DNA of 63,862 nucleotides, the filler included. It is 5 parts of 5 records of this genome, joined end to end, with 100 filler letters (N's around TTAATTAATTAA, not from the genome) between each part and the next. Parts side by side here need not be neighbours in the genome. Positions count along the whole stretch, not along the records: positions 52,619 to 63,862 come from SRR22947727_253; 4 more parts are not named here. One strand, 5' to 3'. Each line of letters opens with the position of its first letter. Within the stretch, counting starts at the first letter, position 1. The translations under genes were made by a program, and so were the position numbers. Under the pieces are notes generated by a model. That model searched no databases and had not been told where the DNA came from. It saw only the letters and a list, made by a program, of their open reading frames with translations. Shown in pieces: positions 57,106 to 63,862 of this stretch.

Positions 57106-57646
57106 GAATTTTAACTATTTCTTTTTTTATTTTTTTAACCGCAATGTGATATGATGCCTTTAATGCACCCTCAGAAGTTCCTAGTATTTCAGAAATATCT
57201 TTAAATTTCATTTCTTGTTCATATTTCATTTGAAAAACTAATTTTTGCTTTACAGGAAGTGTATTAATAGCTTCTTGAAATTTTAATTGTAATTCATCTC
57301 CATCAAAATAGGGATCCTCTCTTAATTTATTGGTTTGAGCAATCATAATTTCCTCAGATGTCTTAAAATGTTTTTTAGCTTTTGATTTTATGAAATTTAA
57401 AGATTCGTTAGTTGCTATTCTATAAATCCAAGTATATAGTTTGCTTTGTTCTTTGAAATTATTAATTGCCTTAAAAACTTTTATAAACGTGTTTTGTAAA
57501 ACATCATGTGCGTCGTCGTGATCTAAAACTATTTTTCTAATATGCCAATATATTGGTTCTTTATATTTATCAAGCAAAATCTCAAAAGATTTGTTTTGAG
57601 ATCCTTTATCTTTTAGTTTGGCGATAAATTTAGATTCATTTTCCAA
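57095..57646 (-). CDS. ECF RNA polymerase sigma factor
   Basis: DAHDVLQNTFIK and TWIYRIATN (region 2); region 4 ISEILGTSEGALKASYH. Confidence 0.93.
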   Translation of the reverse strand: MENESKFIAKLKDKGSQNKSFEILLDKYKEPIYWHIRKIVLDHDDAHDVLQNTFIKVFKAINNFKEQSKLYTWIYRIATNESLNFIKSKAKKHFKTSEEIMIAQTNKLREDPYFDGDELQLKFQEAINTLPVKQKLVFQMKYEQEMKFKDISEILGTSEGALKASYHIAVKKIKKEIVKIQTF

Positions 57647-57667
57647 CTAAGTTGAATTTATATATAA

Positions 57668-57691
57668 GACAATAGAATTTCTAAAAAGTTT
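57668..57691 (-). promoter_or_regulatory. putative ECF-sigma autoregulatory promoter (copy 1)
   Basis: AAAC-N15-TTGTC upstream of the sigma gene. Confidence 0.55.
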
Positions 57692-59513
57692 AAGAAAATG
57701 ATTGAAGTTTAATCAATTTTGAATAGACTCCATTTTTAGAAATTAATTCTTCGTGTTTACCTTCTTCTATAATTTCTCCGTCCTTAACAACTAAAATAAC
57801 ATCTGCTTTTTGAATTGTTGATAACCTGTGTGCGATTATTAAAGACGTTCTGTTTTTCATCAGTTTTTCTAGAGCCTGTTGAACTAATTTTTCTGATTCT
57901 GAATCCAACGATGAAGTAGCTTCGTCTAAAATCATTATTGGAGGATTTCTTAAAACTGCTCTTGCAATTGAAACTCTTTGTTTTTGACCGCCAGATAACT
58001 TACCGCCTCCGTCTCCTACATTCGAATGGTATTTATTTTCTAATTTCTCTATAAAGTCATTTGCATTGGCAATTATGGCAGAATTTTTTATTTCTTCTTC
58101 ATTATTATTAGAACTAGAAAGTTGAATATTATTGGTTATTGAATCATTAAAAAGTATGGAGTCCTGAGATACTAAACCGATTAAATTTCTTAAGTCTTTT
58201 TTAAATAAATCCTTAATATTAGTTCCATCAATTAATATTTTACCAGAATTCACATCATAAAATCTAGGAATTAGATTAGCTATAGTTGATTTTCCACTTC
58301 CAGATTGACCAACAATAGCAACTGTTTGACCTTTTTTGATTTTAAAATTAATATTCTTTAAAACAATTGAGTTTTCATATCTGAAACTAACATTTTCAAA
58401 GCTAATTTCTGAATCAAAAGATTGTTTATTTAAAGGTTTTGAAATTTCATTAATTGAAGATTTTGAATCTAAAATTTCAAGTACTCTTTCTGCAGCTGCG
58501 TTACCTTTTTTTATTGAATAAGATGCCTTACTAATTGCTTTGGCAGGGGTTAGAACTCCATATGCAAGCCCCATATAAGTGATAAATGCAGCGGGATTTA
58601 GTTCTTGATCTATTAAAACTAGTTGACCTCCGTACCAAAGTAATACTCCAATCACTGAAATACCTAAAAATTCACTTACTGGACTAGCTAAGTTTTGTCT
58701 GTTGATTAATTTATTGGAGTAATTGTAAAATTTATTATTAGACTTATTGAATTTCTCTATAAAAAAAAGTTCTGAAACAAAACCTTTAATAATTTTTAAA
58801 CCATGCAGTGTTTCCTCAGTAATTGATAAAAACTCAGCCTGTTCATTTTGAACTAAAGTTGAAGTAGCTTTAAGAGATCTTCCAATTAAAGAAATTAAAA
58901 ATCCAGAAATTGGTATAAAGATTAAAACAAATGCAGTAAGCTTGAAACTTATTAAAAACATTGCTGAAATTGTAAAAAATATCGTTAGAGGCTCTCTGAC
59001 TATTAATTCAAGAATTGACAAAAATGAATGTTGAATTTCTAACACATCAGCAGTAATCCTCGAAATCACATCTCCCTTTTTCTTTTCTGTAAAGAAAGCT
59101 ATAGGCATACTAACAATTTTTTTATAAACATCTCCTCTTAAATGAGTTAAAATTCCATTTCTCAAAAAAGTTATAAAATACATTGCTAGATAGTTGAAAA
59201 AATTTTTAAGAAAAAACAAGATGATTATTGCTGCAATTACAAAAATTAAAGCTTTTTGTGGATCTTCACCTGAGAAGCTACTAACTTGATAATTAAGCCA
59301 CCCTTCTAAATTATTGCCAAATCCGTAAATTCCATCAAATTCTGGTTTGGTATAGGTTTTTTTATTTTCTCCAAATAAAACCTCTAGCATCGGCATCAAT
59401 GATAAAAAAGATAAAGCACTAAATAAAGCATAAAGAATATTAAAAAAAATATTTAAAAAAATATATTTTTTAAAGGGCCTTGAATACTTGAATATTTTTT
59501 TAAAATACTCCAA
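57690..59513 (-). CDS. ABC transporter ATP-binding/permease (MsbA-like exporter)
   Basis: TM domain plus GQSGSGKS, LSGGQ, ILDEATS and AHRLST. Confidence 0.93.
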   Translation of the reverse strand: MEYFKKIFKYSRPFKKYIFLNIFFNILYALFSALSFLSLMPMLEVLFGENKKTYTKPEFDGIYGFGNNLEGWLNYQVSSFSGEDPQKALIFVIAAIIILFFLKNFFNYLAMYFITFLRNGILTHLRGDVYKKIVSMPIAFFTEKKKGDVISRITADVLEIQHSFLSILELIVREPLTIFFTISAMFLISFKLTAFVLIFIPISGFLISLIGRSLKATSTLVQNEQAEFLSITEETLHGLKIIKGFVSELFFIEKFNKSNNKFYNYSNKLINRQNLASPVSEFLGISVIGVLLWYGGQLVLIDQELNPAAFITYMGLAYGVLTPAKAISKASYSIKKGNAAAERVLEILDSKSSINEISKPLNKQSFDSEISFENVSFRYENSIVLKNINFKIKKGQTVAIVGQSGSGKSTIANLIPRFYDVNSGKILIDGTNIKDLFKKDLRNLIGLVSQDSILFNDSITNNIQLSSSNNNEEEIKNSAIIANANDFIEKLENKYHSNVGDGGGKLSGGQKQRVSIARAVLRNPPIMILDEATSSLDSESEKLVQQALEKLMKNRTSLIIAHRLSTIQKADVILVVKDGEIIEEGKHEELISKNGVYSKLIKLQSFS

Positions 59514-59516
59514 TGA

Positions 59517-61223
59517 TTAAAAATTAAATTCTTTAGTTAAATTAACTATTTTATCATTCAAAATTTGATTTACTCTATTATAATCGTCTTTTGACTTAAG
59601 AACAGTATTTACACTAATGTAAAACTTTATTTTTGGTTCAGTTCCACTTGGTCTAGCTGCAACAGTTGTTCCGTCTTCAGATTCAAAAATCAAAACATTA
59701 GATTTAGGAAAATTTAAAATATTGATTTCACCACTTATTTGATTAATTTCTTGTGAAGATTGGAAATCTTTAAAAGAGATTAATTTACTACCGTCCAAAG
59801 ATTTTATTTTATAATTTCTTAGTTTATTCATGATTGAACTAATTTCTTTTAAGCCTTTAGCTCCTTTTTTCTCAATTGATATTAGTTTCTCCTTAAAAAA
59901 TCCATATTTGATATAACAATCTATTAAATAATCAATCATGTTAATACCCTTTGATTTGCATTCCGACCCAACTTCACATGCAACTAGGGCAGAGGTTATA
60001 GCATCTTTATCTCTTACAAAATCACCTACCATAAATCCGTAGCTTTCTTCTCCTCCTGAAATAAAGTTCTGGCTTGGAAAATCATGTATCATCTTTCCTA
60101 TCCATTTAAACCCTGTTAATCCTACTTTAAAATCAACATTATAACTTTCAGCTATATTTTTAATCAATGCAGTTGAAACAACAGTTGATCCAATGAAAAA
60201 TGATTTATTTAATTTTTTTCTTTTACTTAAAATAAATTCTGTTAAAATGATCATCATTTGATTTCCGTTCAAAAGATAATATTCATTACTATTGTTTTTA
60301 ACAGCTAAACCGACTCTATCTGCATCCGGATCCGTTCCAATCACAATATCGGCATCAACTGCTTTTGCCAAATCTATTGCCATGCTTAAAGCTTCTGGCT
60401 CTTCTGGATTAGGTGATTTTACAGTACTAAAATTACCATCAGGAATAGCTTGTTCTTTAACGATATGTAAATCATTAAAACCAGCTCCTTTTAACACCTC
60501 TGGCAGTATTTTATAAGATGTACCGTGAATTGGAGTAAAAACAATTTTATAATTTGCTCTGTTGGACACTCCAATCTTTCCATTTAAAATTGAATCGTTA
60601 ATAAAATCAGTATCTATTTCTTTATCTATTAAATTAACAAGAGAATTATTTCTTTTAAATTTAATTTCTTTGAATTTTACTGAATTAATTTCGTCAATCA
60701 GTTTTTTATCAATTGGAGGAACAATTTGACCACCATCTTTCCAATATACTTTATATCCATTGTATTCAGGTGGATTATGAGATGCTGTTAAAACAATACC
60801 ACAAATACATTTTAATTTTATTAAAGCATAAGAAAGTTCTGGAGTAGGTCTAATTGAGCTAAAAAGGAATACATTAATACCATTTGAACTAAAAACATCA
60901 GCTACTTGATTTGCCAATTCTTTACTTTGATTTCTACAATCGTAAGCAATAACAATGGATTCTTTTTTTGAAGAAGTATTGTTTATAAAGTTTGAAATTC
61001 CCTGTGTGTTTTTGCCAAAAGTATATTTATTAACTCGGTTTGGTCCTAAACCTACAATCCCTCTCATTCCACCAGTTCCAAAAGACAAATTTTTATAAAA
61101 TGATTCTTTGAACTCAATTGGATTATTGTTTTTTAAATTTTTAACATCTTGAATTGTAGATGTATCGAATGGAGATTGAGTCCAATTATTATAATTTTCT
61201 TCAATAACTAAGTTATCATTCAT
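59517..61223 (-). CDS. phosphoglucomutase/phosphomannomutase
   Basis: FGTGG, TASHNP, DPDADR, GEES and RPSGTEPK motifs. Confidence 0.95.
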   Translation of the reverse strand: MNDNLVIEENYNNWTQSPFDTSTIQDVKNLKNNNPIEFKESFYKNLSFGTGGMRGIVGLGPNRVNKYTFGKNTQGISNFINNTSSKKESIVIAYDCRNQSKELANQVADVFSSNGINVFLFSSIRPTPELSYALIKLKCICGIVLTASHNPPEYNGYKVYWKDGGQIVPPIDKKLIDEINSVKFKEIKFKRNNSLVNLIDKEIDTDFINDSILNGKIGVSNRANYKIVFTPIHGTSYKILPEVLKGAGFNDLHIVKEQAIPDGNFSTVKSPNPEEPEALSMAIDLAKAVDADIVIGTDPDADRVGLAVKNNSNEYYLLNGNQMMIILTEFILSKRKKLNKSFFIGSTVVSTALIKNIAESYNVDFKVGLTGFKWIGKMIHDFPSQNFISGGEESYGFMVGDFVRDKDAITSALVACEVGSECKSKGINMIDYLIDCYIKYGFFKEKLISIEKKGAKGLKEISSIMNKLRNYKIKSLDGSKLISFKDFQSSQEINQISGEINILNFPKSNVLIFESEDGTTVAARPSGTEPKIKFYISVNTVLKSKDDYNRVNQILNDKIVNLTKEFNF

Positions 61224-62169
61224 TTATTTTTTCTGTAATTATATATTGTTTTTTAATTTTTCTATTTCGAAGTATGATTTCCCCTAAAAATCCGGCAAGA
61301 AAGAACTGAGAGCCCATTATCATTGTAGCCAATGAAATGTAAAATTCAGGTCTTTCTGTGATTAATCTACCAGATGTTTGAAGAAATAATTTATCGATAC
61401 CCAAATATGCTGAAAAAAAGAATCCAACTAATAACATAATAGTCCCTATTAGCCCAAAGAAATGCATTGGTCTTTTTCCAAATTTATGAATAAACCATAA
61501 TGTTATTAAGTCTAAAAAACCTTTAATAAATCTATCTATTCCATATTTTGTTTCTCCATGCTTTCTGGGATGGTGTATTACAATTTTTTCAGTGATTCTA
61601 TTGTATCCTGCGTTTTTAGCAAGTACAGGAATGTATCTGTGCATTCCACCAGTTAATTTAACTTGTTTTATTACTTCTTTCTTGTATGCCTTTATTCCAC
61701 AGTTAAAATCATTAAGTTTTATTCCTGAAGTTGTTCTTGCAGCCCAGTTGAAAATTTTTGACGGAAAATTCTTAAAAATTATAGAATCGTATCTAACTTT
61801 TTTCCATCCAGAAACTAAATCAAAATCTTCTTCACTAATTTTTTTGTAAAGCTGTGGAATTTCATTTGGATCATCTTGTAAATCGGCATCCATTGTTATA
61901 ACTACATCGCCATTACAGGCTTTGAAGCCCGCAGAAAGTGCTTGAGATTTACCAAAGTTTTTTAAGAATCTTATTGCCTTTATATTTTTATTACTTGAGC
62001 AAATTTTTGAAATAATTTTCCATGAATTATCTGTACTACCGTCATCTATTAAAATAATTTCAAATTCAAGTTTTAAATTATTAATAATAAAGGATACAGA
62101 GCTTGTTAATTCCTCAAGAGAATTTTGCTCATTTAAAAGCGGTATAACTACAGAAATATTCATTTTCAA
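61216..62169 (-). CDS. GT2 polyprenyl-phosphate glycosyltransferase (ArnC/GtrB-like)
   Basis: PLLNE, DDGSTD, NFGKS and MDADLQD motifs; two C-terminal TM helices. Confidence 0.9.
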   Translation of the reverse strand: MKMNISVVIPLLNEQNSLEELTSSVSFIINNLKLEFEIILIDDGSTDNSWKIISKICSSNKNIKAIRFLKNFGKSQALSAGFKACNGDVVITMDADLQDDPNEIPQLYKKISEEDFDLVSGWKKVRYDSIIFKNFPSKIFNWAARTTSGIKLNDFNCGIKAYKKEVIKQVKLTGGMHRYIPVLAKNAGYNRITEKIVIHHPRKHGETKYGIDRFIKGFLDLITLWFIHKFGKRPMHFFGLIGTIMLLVGFFFSAYLGIDKLFLQTSGRLITERPEFYISLATMIMGSQFFLAGFLGEIILRNRKIKKQYIITEKINE

Positions 62170-62173
62170 CTAG

Positions 62174-62689
62174 TTAAAGCTGTTTTTTTGTTTTAATGAA
62201 AAGCCCCAAAACAACACTGTACAAAAAACCAAATAGTAAAGTGAAAATTAAAATCATTGGATATGTTAAGAAAGTAAAAGGTTTAGAGTTTTCTATAAAT
62301 GTATTTAAATCCATACCGTTAAGAGCTTCAGGATAATCCTGCATGGTTTGATTGTATGAAATTTCTAATACTTTATCCATAAAATCAGGTTCCATAACGT
62401 TGGTTAAAAACAATGTGTAAAATATAGATACTAGTGCTATTATTAAAGACATTCCTGTTCCCATTTTTCTAACTGTACTGGCTTGAATATTATTATCATT
62501 AGCTTTTTTATAGGCTAAACATCCAAGAGTAATTCCAGCAAATGTAATTACAGTGTTTGTTATTTGTACAACAGTATCTTGTTCGTAATGAGCATCTAAA
62601 AAAAACAACATTAAACTAAAAGTTAGTAATACAACACTAGTCATTAAACCATAATTAATCATATATTGTTTTGTACTGATTTGTTCCAT
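62174..62689 (-). CDS. Bacteroidetes membrane protein (DUF4199-like); start revised to MEQIST
   Basis: Four hydrophobic helices; the longer ORF-track start would overlap the divergent L31 promoter. Confidence 0.65.
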   Translation of the reverse strand: MEQISTKQYMINYGLMTSVVLLTFSLMLFFLDAHYEQDTVVQITNTVITFAGITLGCLAYKKANDNNIQASTVRKMGTGMSLIIALVSIFYTLFLTNVMEPDFMDKVLEISYNQTMQDYPEALNGMDLNTFIENSKPFTFLTYPMILIFTLLFGFLYSVVLGLFIKTKKQL

Positions 62690-62776
62690 AATATTTATTT
62701 TGATGTAAAAATAGCTAATATTTGAATACTTGATTAGTAATAAATTAGATAAAGTTGCAAATTGATAAAAAAGAAT

Positions 62777-62784
62777 TAAATTTG
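62777..62784 (+). promoter_or_regulatory. Bacteroidetes sigma-A -7 element for the L31 gene
   Basis: TAAATTTG, 18 nt before ATG 62803, with TTG elements upstream. Confidence 0.6.
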
Positions 62785-62802
62785 CATCCAATTATTATAA
62801 AA

Positions 62803-63054
62803 ATGAAACAAGGTATACACCCAGAAAATTACAGATTAGTTGCTTTCAAAGATATGTCTAATGACGATGTTTTTATTACTAAATCAACAGTTGAAAGTAA
62901 AGATTCAATTGAACATGAAGGTGTTACTTATCCTCTTGTAAAATTAGAAATATCTAGGACTTCTCATCCGTTTTACACTGGTAAAACAAAACTTATTGAT
63001 ACTGCTGGAAGAATTGATAAGTTCAAAAATAGATATGCTAAAGCCAAAAAGTAA
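62803..63054 (+). CDS. rpmE2: 50S ribosomal protein L31 type B
   Basis: [11 protein letters not shown]...SHPFYTG...DTAGRIDKF; no Zn-binding cysteines. Confidence 0.95.
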   Translation: MKQGIHPENYRLVAFKDMSNDDVFITKSTVESKDSIEHEGVTYPLVKLEISRTSHPFYTGKTKLIDTAGRIDKFKNRYAKAKK

Positions 63055-63055
63055 T

Positions 63056-63838
63056 TTACTTTTTATAAACCCTTTTTAAATTCAATTGATTTACTGGATT
63101 AGTTGTCAATCCTTCAATATTTTTTTGACTAAACCTCATAACTTTGTCATAGTAAAGGGGAATAATAGGTGAATTTTCCAAAACTAAACTGTCTAGTTCT
63201 TTATATATATTTTTTCTAATTAAACTGTTTTGCTCCTGATATGTACTTTCAAATAGTCTATCGAATTCAATGCTTTTGAAGTGTGTATAATTTGGACCAT
63301 TTGGAGCTAAATTTTTTGAGTAAAATAAACTCAAATAATTCTCGCTATCTGGATAATCAGCTATCCAACTAGCTCTAAACATTTCAAATTTACCGTTTGA
63401 CTTACCTTGTCTTAAGGTAGAGGCAGGAACAATATTAATTGATAAGTCAATGTCAATTTTCTGAAGTTCTCTTTGTATAAATTCAACTATGTCTAAATAA
63501 TTTGCATCACTAGTGAGTATCAGTTCTATTTTTTCTTTATTATTTTCTACTTTATATTCTTGAATTAATGTTTTTGCTTTTTTTAAATTATAATTAAATC
63601 CATTTACAGAATTTTCCATATTTAATCCTAATGGAACAAAACCATTATTAGCTGGGTATCCAATATTGTTTCTTAAATATTTCATCATTTTTTTTCTGTC
63701 AATTGCATAGTTTATTGCTAATCTTAGTTTTTTTGAACGAATTTGACTTTTTTTATCAGCAAGATAGAATCCTATATACTCCGTATTTAAATATGGTCCT
63801 GAGATAAGTTTTATTTTATTGGAATGTTCTTTTTTTAG
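63056..63838 (-). CDS. ABC transporter substrate-binding protein family 5 (5'-truncated)
   Basis: The frame is open upstream of the track start (GPYLNTEYIGF...RLAINYAIDRKKM); WIADYPD and IIPLYY motifs. Confidence 0.88.
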   Translation of the reverse strand, partial: LKKEHSNKIKLISGPYLNTEYIGFYLADKKSQIRSKKLRLAINYAIDRKKMMKYLRNNIGYPANNGFVPLGLNMENSVNGFNYNLKKAKTLIQEYKVENNKEKIELILTSDANYLDIVEFIQRELQKIDIDLSINIVPASTLRQGKSNGKFEMFRASWIADYPDSENYLSLFYSKNLAPNGPNYTHFKSIEFDRLFESTYQEQNSLIRKNIYKELDSLVLENSPIIPLYYDKVMRFSQKNIEGLTTNPVNQLNLKRVYKK

Positions 63839-63862
63839 TCAAACATTAGATTTCATAGGATC

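Noticed and set aside
63839-63862. In-frame TGA upstream of the family-5 binding protein, suggesting a pseudogene or recoding
   Set aside because: It lies within the last 24 nt of the window and may be low-quality or foreign end sequence; there is too little context to call.

Overview
This is not one genome. Four identical 100-nt assembly linkers (N44-TTAATTAATTAA-N44) join five unrelated marine contigs. Contig A (1-11325) starts with an AT-rich phage/satellite-like primase-polymerase-helicase operon behind a densely structured ~490-nt leader region. It then switches abruptly to a GC-rich four-gene operon (acyl-CoA ligase, DddQ/DddL-family cupin lyase, FadB-like hydratase/dehydrogenase, thiolase) and ends with a divergent AT-rich betaine-family ABC binding protein. 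Contig B (11426-29035) is a very AT-rich, SAR11-like surface-glycan island with pseudaminic-acid-type genes, a pentulose/GtrA-GT2-GT-C-like module carrying unusual fusions, and an unannotated RtcB-like fragment. Contig C (29136-47401) is a low-GC gammaproteobacterial (SAR86-like, inferred) same-strand run of aceF, zwf-edd-eda, glk and a laminarin cassette (GH3, GH149, two GH17, a clan GH-A TIM barrel, two transporters). Contig D (47502-52518) is a SAR11-like uppS-cdsA-dxr-bamA-skp-fabZ cluster. Contig E (52619-63862) is flavobacterial housekeeping DNA. The best candidates for something new are the cupin-lyase/beta-oxidation operon (hypothesis: catabolism of a longer-chain DMSP homologue such as gonyol), the structured leader with nested small ORFs, and the glycan-island phospho-chemistry module with an RtcB-like gene. 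All family calls come from motif recognition by eye; no database search or folding computation was run.
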